Origin: the human T2T-CHM13v2.0 reference genome, Homo sapiens
DNA length: 64,000 bases
Strand: one strand, 5' to 3'
NCBI RefSeq assembly: GCF_009914755.1
Contig: NC_060939.1
Shown piece after piece: positions 1 through 22,908 of the stretch (the stretch's first letter is position 1; the number at the start of each line of letters is the position of its first letter). A program made the translations under genes and the position numbers. The notes beneath the pieces were generated by a model. That model was not told the DNA's origin and did no database searches. It saw only the letters and a list, made by a program, of their open reading frames with translations.

Positions 1-1248
1 GAAAGAAAAAGAAAAAAGAATATACATGCTCATTGTGGGCAAACCCTGTTGTTACAGAAAAGGAGAAAGAGTAAAGCAAATCCCTAGATTTGCTGATCTA
101 CCACTACCATCTAGAGAGAGCCACGATGAACAGCCTTCTAAATCTTCTTCTGTTCATAAATACAAAGCAGTTAAATGTAGCACCATTTTATATAGACAGT
201 ATTACGAGATTTAGGCTGTTCTATAACCTGCTTTTTTTCACTTAACAACTTGTCATGACACCGTTACCTGTCAGTTACCACAGATCTGTACCATTTTTAA
301 TAGCCCCACGGTACAGTTTTGCATGGATGTGGCCGTAAGTTACCCACCAGTTCTGTTGCCAGAAATGTGGATTGTTTTCCATTTTTCTCTGCAATGTGCT
401 AGGGAATATCATTCAGCTTTTTCAGATATGTAATAATCGTCTAGCAGTAAATATTTAGAATAGCTGGGATAGCTAGGGCAAAAAAAAAAAAAAAAGAAAA
501 AAGAAAAAAGGCTCAGTACACTCAGAGTCCTAAGCCAAGCTGGGAGGTCACCATGGCAACCCCCTGCCATCCTCACACAGGGAGTGCCCATTTGCCACGG
601 CTCCAGCCCAGGAGGTGGGTCAGAGCTGGAGGAGAAACAGTCTGTTTTCAAGCAGTTTTATAAACCAAGGGCAGAAGGCACAGGAGAGAGCATTAATGCA
701 GACCTGAGACAGCTTAAAATGCAGTGGTGATAATAGCTCTTTATTGAGTCCTTGTCATCTGGTAGATACCATGGGTTTTCATCCTCACCAGAGCCGTTGA
801 AACTTTTATGATCCTCATTCAAGTGATTAGAAACTCAGAAACTAAGGAATCTGTCCAAGGGCACACAGTAAATGATGGAGCCAGGGTTTGAAATTAGGCT
901 GCATTCACTCTTCAGCATTCTCCTTGCCACCACAATTGGAGTGGCCAGCCTCTGTCTCATCACCATCCCTGAGGCTCAGGTTCTCTTTTCCCAGTCCCAC
1001 TAGAGCATTCATTCCCACCCCATTCATATGCAGCGCACACCAATTCTTCATCTGGCCTCTGTTTTCTGGGCTCCACTCTGGCCTCCTGCCACTCCATACC
1101 CTGCGTACTTCCGTGCTGAACTACAGATAGGTCCTCGAATGGCACGCCCTCTTCCTACCTCCATGGCCCTGTCCTGCTATACCCTCAGCTCTCCCCCATA
1201 GCTGTGGCACTCCTATTGACTCTTCAAGACTTATCCCAAGTTTCATTT

Positions 1249-6128
<4,880 letters not shown>

Positions 6129-6538
6129 CAATTTTCGGTTTTTAAATCATCCTAAAAGTTTTTGCCGCTGATGGCTCACTCTCCTGAATGTGTTCTTTGT
6201 AGTAATAGTAGCCATAATAGTAGCCATAGTGGTAAATACCACTGGCATTGATTCAGGGTTTTGTAGCTAATAAAGTTTGTTCACATCTATTATTATTTCA
6301 TTTTAGCTCCCCCATAGCCCTGGCCAGGTAGGTATTAATGTTTTTATTTCACAGATGACAAAAATGAAAGTCATTTGGAACAAGCCCAGCCAAATTCATA
6401 CCTAGGAGATGGTAGAGAGAAGACCTGACCTTGGTCACCCAAAATCCCAAGCTCTATGTGCCTCTCCCCATCTTCATAGAACATTCTCCAAGCTTAGGCA
6501 GTCCAGGGTACTTGTTACAATACACCAGGGAATGTTAG

Positions 6539-7218
6539 TGAAACCACCTGTGCAAAATTATGACTGAGACCGTGAAAGAGATCTAACTTAACTGACTCCA
6601 TCTTGCTTCTAACCCCAAGCTGTCTTTGTTCATTCCTGGGCATAGGCTGAACTTACTTTGGGAGAAACTGGGTTTGTAGTTTATGGTTTAAACAAAAATG
6701 GTAACAGCTCTTTCCCAAAGGAGACCTCCTTCTTGCCTGGGGACTAGATTAACATTAGCCACAGAATTAGAAATTATGGTTTAGGAGTCATGCAGTTGGA
6801 GGCCACAAGATTCTGACCCTCCCTAGACTGCTCTTAAGATCAGTGCTTGGGATATTTTGCAGACCCTGCACTCGGTGGATCAGCAGGCACCACCCAGATC
6901 AATGAACTGGCTCCTCTGATCTTGTGGCCCCCTCCCAGGAACTGAGTCAGTGCAAGAAGACAACTTCGACTCCCTATGATTTCATCCCTGACCAGCACTC
7001 CTGGCTCATTGGTTACCCACCCCCCAACCACCAACCAAGTTATCCTTAAAAACTCTGCTCCAGGAATGCTTGGGGAGACTTATTTGAGTAATGATAAAAC
7101 TCCAGTCTCCCACACAGCAGGCTCTGCGTGAATTACTCTTTCTCTATTGCAATTCCCCTGTCTTGATGAATCGGCTTTGTCTAGGCAGCAGGCAAGGTGA
7201 ACCCCTTGGGCACTTACA
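6539..7218 (+). mobile_element. 5' LTR (LTR8-like)
   Basis: TGAAACCACCTGTGCAAAATTATGACTGAGAC...CCCTTGGGCACTTACA, colinear with 15028-15709. Confidence 0.9.
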
Positions 7219-7222
7219 AATT

Positions 7223-7240
7223 TGGTGGCTCATCCAGGAT
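7223..7240 (+). promoter_or_regulatory. Primer-binding site, tRNA-Pro
   Basis: TGGTGGCTCATCCAGGAT matches 15 of 18 nt of PBS-Pro TGGGGGCTCGTCCGGGAT, 4 nt after the LTR end. Confidence 0.85.
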
Positions 7241-10200
7241 TGCCCTTGTGGCTACCTGCCCATGGTTCGGTGGCGCCACTCCAGTGATGGATCCAGAAGC
7301 CAGCCCAAGCAGCCACCTAGTTCTCTTGGACTAGGGGCTGACTCAGGGACTCTCTGTACTGGTGGGGCACTGCCAACCCAGTGTACATCGATCTAATTGC
7401 AATGGAGAAATAGTCCTGGGGCGACGTTCCTTAACTGTAGCCCTATCACAGGGTGTCTGTATAGCCTATGATGGGGTGTCTGTCTGTAGCCCCATTGTGG
7501 GGTGTCTGGATTGGTGAGTAACCTAGGTGCTGCCAATGCCTCCTTCCTTCTCGCCACTGGTTCTGTAGCCCTATGGTGTGGTGTCTGTAACTCCACCATG
7601 GGGTGTCTTGTGTCTGTAGCCCCATTGCAGGGTGTCTGTTCAGCTCCTGCGGGGTCTCAGTTGGCTCTTTCTAACTAGTAAGAAGAGTCTTGGTTTGAGA
7701 GACTTATCCTCAATCTGGAAGATTTCGAGGCAGTTTCTCAGACGGAGAATAGGAGGATAGTTTGGAAGGGATACTCTTGGAGTTCTTGGTTAGGGATCTG
7801 ATTTAGAAGGCCTTCTGTCTATCTCGTCTTTGTGTGTGTCTGTCTATGTGGAAGGGATCTCAGGAGAGGTTGCTAATGGAAGTTCAGCAGGTCTAACTCA
7901 GAGATCCCTCCTTATTTGCCTGGTTACATTTGGTAAGCCCTAAAGAAAGCTCAACAGGCCTGTCTCTCGGGGTGACTATCTGGTCTTCGCCTTGCCCAGA
8001 GACTCCATTGTGAATTACCATTTGGAGGTCATCCCTCCCCTCCCCACCTGGAGTGGATCAGAAACAGGGAGCAACGGGAAAAAGTTTGAGCTTTACCAGA
8101 CTTATATTGGGTGCTGAATGAGGTGACTAATGTCTGTTCTGTTGTGTATATTTTGCTGGGATGGAAAATGTTAATTTGGTTCCCCATGCAACCTGTTGGT
8201 TAGCATCTTGCAAATTGAGAATCTTGCCTATGGTTCCATAAAACAGTAAAGTGGTTTATTTTTTCTCTTGTAAGTGGCTTGAACCTCACAGCTATAGCAC
8301 AAGCGAGCAGGGTCATGAGAAGCCACTCTTTCTTCTGGAAGCTGCAGAGAAAGAGAACCCAGAAACCGGGTATGCCAGCAAAAAGGGTGAGAAATTCTTA
8401 CCAGCGAAGATTCTGGTCTCTCTTTCTCTGTCTGGGTAAAACAGTAAACTATTGGTCTCCTCTGCAAGGGTTTGATTAATAGAAAAAAGGATTTGTGAGA
8501 CTAGTCTTAGGCGGTAGCAAATCTGCTGTACTTTGTGCTAAGAATTTGTTTTTCTTTGTTCTGTAATAGAGAGAGGGGTATCACAGGATAGAATGTGGGT
8601 TTAGGACCCCTATAAGCCCGCTTTTCAAGCCAGCTTGGCAGGCTGGTCAGTTACAAACCTTGCTACAGGTTCCTGAAACCAATACTGGATGAAATTTCTC
8701 TGTCTTGCTTTGTGTCCTTAAGAGCTTAACCTTTTGACCATGTGGGGATACTTTCTCTTGGTTTCTGCCATCCAGAGGACAGGAATTTTGGGGTTCATGT
8801 CATAGTCCTAAAAATTTTTTCTTGAGCAGTTAAAAGCCTGTGCAAGCTTGAAATTGGCTTCTCTAGGCTCCTTCTGGGGAGAGGAATAGAAACTGCTCAA
8901 TGCTGTAACTCAGTAGCTGAGGCTTTGCTTTTTGACAATGGCAGCCTGAGTTTTAGTCTTGGCTTCTGGAATGATTCCTTTCTGAGTTTTATTTATGAAA
9001 CTTTGCCATTTATTGAGGTTCCCCACCCCACCCCCACCCCGGCCAACCCATGGATAGCTTCTGATTTCCTGTCTTGAGTTTTCCTTTCTCTAAACTACCC
9101 TGGGGGAGATTCTAAATCTTGTAAAAAAAAAAAAAAAAAAAAAAAAGAAACGGCTTACCTTCTCCTTGAGACATGAATGTGTCCATGGTTAAGTTATAAC
9201 CTTAGCTAAAACTTATTAATTTCATGTGGGAAGTTAACTGTGGTAGAATTTAAAAGCCAAAAATACTGGTCGCTTAGTGTTAAAGTCGGGTAATAAAAAA
9301 TTTAAAAGGATATTTTTTAAAGAGCGCTATGGTTAAAAGTCAGCTTAATTAAAAGTGGATAAACAAGCAATAGGTATATTTAAAAGGCCTTTATGTTTTC
9401 CTCTTTTTGGGACTTGTTTTTTTCCTGGGAAAAGGTTTTTTCTTCTCAGTTGACTGAATTATTTTTTTCCATTTTTTTTTATCTTGCCAATCTTAATACA
9501 CACATGAGAGGCCCTAAGATAACTTCTGGTAGCCTGGGACTCCTTGGGAAAAACAGAGGAGGCACCACGAACCCCGTTTTGGAAAAAAGGCTCTGTTTTC
9601 CTCATGAAACCCCAGGAATTAAAAGCGGATAGATCCCTCTCAGAATCAAAGGCTCTGTTCTGTTTTTCACTGTGTTATCTGACAGTTTTGATTTTTAGGG
9701 GTATCAGAAATTACTTATTATGAGAGAGCTTTGGTGTGTAATAACTAGGTAGGAAATATACTTTAGGGAGTGGCTAATAGTAGTTGTGGAGGGATACTTG
9801 ACTCTGCACACTTGGATCAGAGACGCATGCTCTCGGCCACCTGGAAGATAAGGAGGCATCCCCACCCCGCACTGGGAGATGAGACTCCTGTGAGAGATGG
9901 GCCGATTACAAAATGGGCTGATTGGCTTTGGGTTGCCTTGAATGGAATGCAGGGTAGAAGCATTGCACGGTCTTCTCCCACAGTATTTCCCTCCTGTTGG
10001 GGATACAGGATCCAGTATAAAATGGCACCCTTAATTTTGGGGATCTGTCTTTGCCTTCAGCTGCTTATTTGCTGCTTATTTGGCTCTAGAAATGCATGCT
10101 TTCCCGGCCCTGCTCCTCCAAGGGCTCCACCCTAAAGCCAGTCACCCAATTAAGAAACTGGCAAATGAAAAATTTTACAAGTGCTGAATCTTCTGTCTGT

Positions 10201-10370
10201 CTGTATTCATATGTGTTGTGTGTGTGTGTGTGTGAGATGTTTGTATAAAAGAGCTCTGGTTAATTGGCTTAGAAATATAAGCATTTAAATCAAATATTTT
10301 ATCAGAAAAATAGAAACCGTAATACCTTTTTGTTCACATGACTTTAGTAGTCTTTTGGAAATAAAGACGG

Positions 10371-12043
<1,673 letters not shown>

Positions 12044-12717
12044 CCTTAGGTTAAAGCATTAAAATCATACTGATGTGGGGCCAGAATCTGGGTCTGTGTG
12101 TCCGAATAACAGGGTTTTCTTAGAAAACTGATCTGCTGTTGGATGGAAATTTGTAAAGAGTTCTAAAAAGTTTATAAAAATCTTACCTTATGGTCAGACT
12201 AATTACAACTGGATCGAGATATAAAATTTTATTTAAAAAACTAGCTTTAACATTAAAGATGCACTAATGCAAGCCTGAAATTTGGTTTTCTCTTTTGAAG
12301 ACGATTTTTATGTAATGTTAAAAGATAATGAAAGTGGTTTTGTTTTCTCCTTTGGGTAAGTGGCAGGAAAAAAAAGGAGGAGAGAGAGAAAGGAGACAGA
12401 TTCAGGTGGCTTCATGCTATCTTCATTGAGTCTTGTTTGGAAAGCTAAGTCTCCTCTATCAGAGTAAAGGCTTTCTTTTTTAAAAAAATTTTTTGGAGTT
12501 ATCATTTTGGCTAAGTGAATGACTTATGGTGACCTGGGATTCTATTTTGTGATATCCAGTGTTTTAAACCTTTGATATTTGACAAACTTTCCAAAATCAA
12601 ATTATAAATTATTTCTCTTTCTAACCTAATATTTTAGATATTAGGTCCTCTAAAGTCCAAAAATGACATTTGGCTTATTTGACATAAAAATCATACAGGA
12701 AGCATTGTCAAGTATGA

Positions 12718-13430
12718 AATGGTGTTTGGCTTTCTTTGGGCTATATTTGTGTAAATGTATTATTGGCATATGTTCCAAAATTATGTAAAACTCCTAAAAT
12801 TCTAATATGACTTTGTATATGTTATCAGTAATAATTATAATTATGTTAAATGGCTGTGTGCCACAGGTAACAAATCTCTTTGTTGATCGTGTCTTTAACT
12901 GTGGCTACCCTATAATGTTTTTGTCATCCACAGATGATTGTTGTCTCATTTTGGTCCTCCTAAAAGTTGGTTTTATAATCAGCTGTAAAATTTAACAGGT
13001 GCTCTTAAATGCAGATTTCTGCTTAATAACTCTGGAGATTGTGACTTTAGAATAGACAGAAAACTTTCAAAAGAAAGAGAGAATGGTGTTTGGTTTTCTT
13101 TGGACTGTATTTGTATAAATATGTTATTAGTATGTGTTCCAAAAGTTATGGGAAACTTCTATAATTCTGATATGATTTAGTGTACATTATTAATAATTAT
13201 AATTGTTATGTAAAATTGTTGTATGCCACAGAAGTGGAAGAACCAAAATTCCTAGTCAATTGTAGCTTTAATAGTGGCTATAGACTTTTGTCATCCACAG
13301 ACATTTTGTCTTGCTTTGGTCCTTTTCAAAAGGCAATTTATAATCAGATACAAGACTCTGAGTGCAGGTCTCAGATAACTTTAAAAATTGTACTATTGGA
13401 ATAGAGGAAAAAAGGAAACTTCTAGGACTC
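12718..13430 (+). repeat. Diverged ~364-bp tandem duplication inside the provirus
   Basis: AATGGTGTTTGG(C/T)TTTCTTTGG starts at 12718 and 13082; TTTTGTCATCCACAGA and other blocks recur in register. Confidence 0.8.
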
Positions 13431-13679
13431 TCGTGGAGAGCTGGTATGTTAAACATTGCTAATCCTTTTGTTTTCAGAGTAAAGATTACTTATTTCTTTA
13501 GAGCTATTTGCAAGCTTTAACAAGTGAGTAAAATATACTCCTGTGGAAAATTTTGGAGCATATTTGTTTCTCTCTACCTGATTGCTCTAGAATTTGGAAA
13601 CCATTTGTGTGTATTCTCAATTTATGGCAGTATAGTTAATTACATAAGTGCAATAAGAATCTGTTTTCTTTTGTCACAG

Positions 13680-13840
13680 GACACCATTGGAGAAACTGGG
13701 CATTTTACCAAGGATTTGACTGGAATGGCATGCTTCCTTTAAAGATGAAAGTTGACTTTTAGAGCCAATTAAAGCCCTTTGGGGAATCTGGCCTCATACC
13801 TTGTCCACACAGAGTTCCTGTACAAGGTTCCTGACCTGTG
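13680..13840 (+). other. PAQR5: Candidate non-coding 5'UTR exon of PAQR5 derived from ERV internal sequence (161 nt)
   Basis: Acceptor ctgttttcttttgtcacAG (AG 13678-13679) and strong donor GTG|GTAAGT (GT 13841). The size fits my recollection of a non-coding PAQR5 exon, which I cannot verify here. Confidence 0.7.
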
Positions 13841-14101
13841 GTAAGTAAAGAACGTCACTTTCTAACAGGCCCAGGAACCCCAGGTTATCTTGGGACCTCA
13901 AGAGGAGAGGATTTTGCTCAACTCATAGGTATTTGAGGGTACAAACCCATGGCTGGGCTCAGCTTTTAAAAACTTTTATCTGAGATTCTTCATGGAACAG
14001 AGTTCTATCAAAGCCAATTTAAAAAGCCTAAGTGAAAAATAATTATTCTTGCTGCACTTTATGCAAATAATCAGGCCAAGTAGAGTTAAGACTAAAATTC
14101 A

Positions 14102-14574
<473 letters not shown>

Positions 14575-15027
14575 TGGCAAAATTATGCTCCAAAAGAAAA
14601 CTATAGTATACTGTTGTTAGCTGTTCTTGAGGTTTTTTCCTGCAGTTTAGACTAAATTCTAAATTCCTTGTGGGTTAGAAGTCCCCAAGCTAATGCTTTC
14701 AAATCTTTGCTTTTAAAATTGGGAATTGTACTCCTAATTGTAGAACTCGTAATGTACCTTATAGTAGGCTGTTCACTTAAACACTGTAGTAAAACTATAG
14801 ATGAGAGCACTAATGTTTTTCCCACACAAGCCTTGGAAGCCAAGCCAGGCCTGCATGAGTACACTCAGACAGTTAGAAAGCGGTTCCACTCTTCTCACCT
14901 TGGGGTTCACTCCCATTCCCACAATGTCCCTTGTCAGCAGGAAGAAGCCAGAGCGATTGACAGCCTTCTCCTATCTTCATAGCCTACACCTTGAGATTAA
15001 GGTGTTACAAAATCCAAAGGGAGGGAT

Positions 15028-15997
<970 letters not shown>

Positions 15998-16184
15998 TAG
16001 ACAGGGTTTCACCATGTTGTCCAGGCTGATCTTGAACTCCTGACCTCAAGTGATCCACTCACCTGGGCCTCCCAAAGTGCTGGGATTACAGGCATGAGCC
16101 ATTGAGCCTGGCCCCTCCACAATCTTTAGAATGTACCAGAGCATGTGTGACTCTAGGTGGAAAAAAATCCATGGCTCTTCGTAA

Positions 16185-16549
<365 letters not shown>

Positions 16550-17329
16550 TAGTAAGCAATACCTTTTGTCATAATCTAGTATACACATACAGTCATACAT
16601 AACATAGCAAGCAATATCTATAAACATATGTAACAAACATCATAAAACAGTACTTACCTTTACTCTGCAATACACTGATATTTTCTGTCTATTCTTTTCC
16701 ATACGATTCTATCTTTAAATGTTAATCATGACTCACTAAATAGATTTCACGATCCATTGAGAGGTTGTGACCTGCAGTTTGGAAAGCACTGTGTGAGCAG
16801 ACATAATCATGGCTTTAATGAATGGCAAACTACTTGGGAGTTGTTTATAATCTTGCTGAGGTGGGCATTTGACCCATGCTGCAAGGAGGCTGAAGTTCAG
16901 GCACGTGTCATTCAGCTGATGAGTGACCTCAGCTTTCCCCCAGCTCCCTGCCCTGTGAGTTGGCCGTTTTCTTCCCATGGTGGATTCAGGCATTGGCATG
17001 GCGGGGTGGGCTTCTGGTCCTTCCAACTCTAGGACCCATGCACATGTTCCCACTGTTCGTTAGAGACCTTCCTTATTTTTGACTTTGCCAGGCCCTCACT
17101 GAGTGACCTCAAGCAAGTCATTTCCTATCTGAGGTTCTCAGATATAAAATAGGAAGAAGGGTGGATTGAACTAGTCTGCGCTTCTCACAATAGTGGGGGA
17201 GGCAGTTTGCAGCAACAGGATGTGTATAATATGTATTTTTTTTCTGGAAGATTTGGAGAAAATAAATTTTTGTATTAAAACAACTATAAATTATGGAGCA
17301 GACTACAAAAAGCACGTGCTTTTTAATGA

Positions 17330-18870
17330 TACTTTTTTATTGTGGTAAAATATACGTAACATAAAATTTATCATGCTAAGCACTTAAAAATGTGTAATTC
17401 GTTGGTATTGAGTACATTCACATTGCTGTGCACCTATGACCACCATCCATCTCCACGACTTCTTCATCTTCCCAAATAGAAACTACGTATCCCTTAAACA
17501 CTAATTCCCCATCCCCTCTACCCGCCCCCGGCCCCCCTGCCAGACTGTCTTTACGTAAATGTCTCTAAAATTTGCCTATTCCAGGCATGTCATCTCAGTG
17601 GAATCATACAATATTTGTCCCTTTGTGTCTGGCTTATTTGACTTAATGTTTTCAAGCCTCACCCATGTTAAAACATGTATTAGAATTCTATTCCTTTTTT
17701 TTTTTTTTTTTTTTTTAAGAAATAGGGTCTTGCTCTGTTGCCCAGGCTGGAGTGCAGTGGTGTGATCACAGCTCACTGTGGCCTTGTTCTCCTGAGCTCA
17801 AGTAGTCCCCCCACCTCAGCCTCCAGAGTAGCTGAGATTACAGGCATGAACCATCACATTGGGCCTTTTATTCTTTCTTAAGGCTGAGTAATATCCTGTA
17901 GTATAGATATACCACATTTTGTTTATCCATTCATCTGCTGAAGAGCATTTGGGCTTTCACCTTTTGGTCATTGTGAGTAATGCTGCTATGAAAATTGGTT
18001 TAGAAATACCTGCTTCAGGCCGTCGCACCTGTAATCCCAGTACTTCGGGAGGCCAAGGTGGGTGGATCACTTGAGCTCAGGAGTTTGAGACCAGCCTGGA
18101 CAATATAGGGAGGACTCATCTCTACAAAAAATACAAAAATTAGATGGCGTGGTGGCATGTGTCTGTGGTCCCAGATACTTAGGAGGCTGAGGTGGGAGGA
18201 TCACTTAATCCCAGGAGGTCAAGGCTGCAGTGAGGCACTCCAGCCTGGACAACAGAGTGAGACCCTGTCTCAAAAAAAAAAAAAAAAACTGTTTCAGCCC
18301 CTTTCACTTCTTTTGGGTATATAGATAGAAGTGAAATTGCTGGATTATATGGTAATTCTGTTTAACTTTTTGAGAAACTGTCATACTGTTTTCCATAGCT
18401 ATTGCACCACTTTACAGTCCCACCAGAAATGCATTAGTTTCTATTTCTCCACACCCTTGCCAATACTTACCTTCTGTGTTTTTTGTTTTGTTTTTTGATA
18501 GCAGCCATCCTAATGGCTATGAAGCGGTATCCCATTATGGTTTTGAACTGTGCTTCCCTAATGACTAGTGGTGCTGAGAATCTTTCCATGTGCCTATTGG
18601 TTGTTTGTTCTTTTATTATTATTATTATTATTATTTCTTTTATATTGGTTCTTTGTATATTTGGGGAAAAATATCTATTCAAGCCATTTGCCCATTTTTG
18701 AATTGGCTTGTTTGGAATTTTTTTGTCAAGTTCTGGGAATTCTTTATATATTCTGGATATTAGTCTCTTATAGACATCTGATTTGCAAATCTCCCATTCT
18801 GTGGGCTGTCTTTCACTCTCTTGATAGTGTCCTTTGATGCATACAGGTTTTTAATTTTGATCACATGTTT
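17330..18870 (-). mobile_element. Old L1 (L1M) 3' fragment interrupted by Alus
   Basis: Antisense L1 text such as ACCACATTTTGTTTATCCATTCATC and GCTGGATTATATGGTAATTCTGTTTAACTTTTTGAG; ORF 18467-18682(-) resembles the ORF2 C-terminus. Confidence 0.8.
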
Positions 18871-21303
18871 TAAGGTAAAACGTGGTCTGAAAGCAGCTGG
18901 GGCCCCTGCTCCTAGGCTCTGCCTCCCTCCATCGTCCCCCAGGGTGCTATTCAGTCCTTGGAGGTGGTGAGGACTGCTGGGGCCTTCTGGCACAGTGATG
19001 GGATCAAGACTTGGCCTCATTCACCTCCTGGGCTCTGTGCTGTTTTCTGTTCACATGAAGGAGATTAGACAGGAGCCCCAGGGGAAGGAGAGGATCAGAA
19101 GTGTGGCTCAGCCACCCAGAGCCTGCCTAAACTCAGGACCTCCCCTTCACCTCTCACTCTCTGTTCTTCTCCAGCCACGCTCAGACCCTGCACCTTGCAG
19201 CACTGGCTAAAGAAGCCAGCTCCTCCTACCACATGCAGGAGGCATTCAGACCACTCTGAGATAAGCAGAAAGGTGATGCTGGCTTCCCTGTCCTGACATC
19301 TCCTTGCTTCCTTCTCACAGAACCTGAAACCCCTATGTTAACCTTGCTTCTTTGGGTCAAATGTACGACCACTTGTCTGAAATGCCTTTAACAAAATCCA
19401 GACATCCGGTGGTGATTTAGACTGGATGGCTTCTCAGAAGCTTCCCAGTCTCATGTTTCCATTTTAAAGCAAGCATGGAGAAATTTCCTACCAAACAGTG
19501 TTCTTTGCCTTTGTTTTGCATTACCCGACTATGAGTTGAGTATTTTGTTTTCCAATATATTTTTCAGGAACAAAGAAGTGGCATCACAGCTGGGTGTATC
19601 CAGAGCTTTTCATATTCAGGGTCACTGTGTTCCTTTATTAGGATAATAGGCTGTCTGGGGGAATGCCAGGTAACCCTGGACTTTCCCAGTGAATACTTAT
19701 TTGGGATCCTTTCAGAAGGCACCTGACACAATCAAGAGAGAGGGAAAGAAATAGAGGCAAAAAAAATGTAACACAGATTGAGATTTATTCCCAGGAATAT
19801 GGTCTTCCACTTGCAAGTCCTGGTTTTGTGGTAAAAGAGCCTTTAAAGATCCCTTTAAAGAGCAGAGTAGTGAGTTTGGAGAAAGTAATCATTGCAGATG
19901 AACTTAAGCCAATTGCTTATTCACAATTACTGTCTTTCATCAATCAATTTCAACACGCACTTTTTTTGTGACATTTTAACAGCTCTGAAATCAGGATTCA
20001 TTTCCCATCAGTGGTGCCTCCTGATAAAATTGGCAGCATTTGTGGGTGTGTGTGTTAGTAGTAGGCAAAAATAGCGGCATGACTTCCAGCTGATAGATAG
20101 TGTCTGAAGTTGATTGAAATACAATCCTAGGTTCATTCAATATCTGCAGGTACCTGAGAACTAGAAGGAACCCCACAATCTCAGCACCAGGTGGCACAGC
20201 ACAGTGGAAGATTCAGGCTGAGCAAGCAGACAGATAAACAGTATAATGACCTAGCAAACCCCAGCAAGCTGCTCTTCCTCCTGAGTGGCTGGGACCACAG
20301 GCACATGCCACCATGCCTGGCTTATTTTTGTATTTTTGGTAGAGATGGGGTTTCACCAAGTTGCCCAGGCTGGTTTTGAACTCCCGGACTCAAGCAATCC
20401 ACCTGCCTTGGCCTCCCAAATTGCTGAGATTACAGGCATGGGCCACCATGCCCGGCTACAGCAAGCTACTCTTTTAGGAACTCTTAGGCACACCTTGCTT
20501 GAAAGTTCATGCATGGCTGATGTGACGGCTGTCTTGTGGCATGCTTCAGCTGAACTTCTAGTTGTATTCAAACCATTGACTCTTCCCTAAAGTGTTTATC
20601 TGGGCTTATTCAGAGGAGTGGCCTCTTTGGGGTATACCATAGCTGTCACGCCAGAGAGAGGAAACCTTCTCACTAATTCGCATATCTCTAATTCCACTCA
20701 TTTCTCCAAAGAAACAGCATTCACTCTGCTAATTAGCAAGCCCCCTGGTGTTGATTAAAAATAACCTCAACTGAATCAAAGCTGTACTCTCCGGAATGTG
20801 TGTGTGAGTTTATGATTTGTCTTTCAAATGCTAACTAACCACCCCCACCAGGGGTATGGATTAAAACTAACATTTTCATATCATGTTATCTATGTGAAGT
20901 ATTTGAAAGCAAATTGCAAACAGCATAATAATAGCAAATGAGTACTTGTGACTTGGGACACATTTTTCAGCAATTAGCATTAAATGCAGCTTTAAAAAGT
21001 ATAGATTTCAAACAACTTTGTTGGCGGTAAGAGTATTTTTCAAGTAAACTGTGTGAGGTGACTCAGAAGAGTGGCTGTAGTTGTGAAGATGCTCTTGCTG
21101 ATTTTGAATACACTTATTTCTATGAAATATGAGTGGAGGCTGGGCACCATGGCTCATGCCTGTAATCCCTGCATTTTGGAAGGTCGAGGCAGGTGGATCA
21201 CTTGAGCTCAGGAGTTAGAGACCAGTCTGGTCAACATGGTGAAACCTTGTTTCTACCAAAAAATACAAAAATTAGCTGGACATGGTGCTGTGCTATAGTA
21301 CTA

Positions 21304-21519
<216 letters not shown>

Positions 21520-22590
21520 TTAAAATTAATATATTGAATATATTTAGGGGTTCTGAATATGTATGCCTAACTACATTAGTGAATTAATGCTGTGAAGAGA
21601 CTGTTTATTAGTTTATTTGCATTACTGGAAGTTATTAAGTTTTTGGACTCTCTCATTGGGAAAATAGTCCATAGGCTTATAATTTGGCCACCTTTTATGT
21701 AAACATATTCAATAGGTTATGAGGTTTGCCAACTGTGTCCTTCAAGGCCTAGTATCCACAGAGTGTAGGCCAAAGTTCTGTGTTGGGGGATCTTTATGGA
21801 TGGACCCCTAGCCTGAGAGGAATGAGATAGCCAAGTGCAAATTTCACCTCTTAGTAATTTTGCTTGGTCTCAAATGGAAAGGTTTTAGCCTGAAACCTCC
21901 TGAGGGTGATTTTACTGTTGATTTGCCTGTTTTGTTTTCTTTTTTAAGGCTATTTCAGGGGAACTCAGCATGTCCTGGAGAGTGCATTAAACACACACTC
22001 TCTTTTTGTTTTGATTTTTTTGAAGCTATTTAAAACTTATTTTAAAGCTTTGGAACTCTCTTTTAAATGAAATCTTACATTCAGGATCTGTATCCTAGGT
22101 AAAAAAAGAAATCTTGCATAGTCAGGGGTGCCTGTAGTCCCAGGTACTTGGGAAGCTGAGGCGAGAAGGTTGCTTGATGCCAGGAGTTCGAGGCTGCAGT
22201 GTGCTGTGATCACACCTGTGAATAGCCACTGCACTGAAGCCTGGGCAACATAGACCCTTTCTTTAAAAACAAAATAAAACAAATGAAATCTTATATGGAA
22301 CACAAATACACTGTTAAAACATTGGCAGAGCTTTACAGTTATGTTTTGACTTCAGAATTCTTAGAGGCCCTTTTGTTTCATTCAAGATGTTTCTAGACCT
22401 CTGCAGAAAGAGATAACCAGCCAAGCTGCTGTTTGAAATACTAGAAATTACAATCTGGATTTTATAGTGTTGGTGAAATTAAGGGCTTGGATTATGACGG
22501 AAAGAAGCTAAAAAGACCAGTGAGTTCATTTTATGCTCAATCATAACTGAAATGATTAAACACATAGGAATCAGTGACCACACATGATGA

Positions 22591-22908
<318 letters not shown>

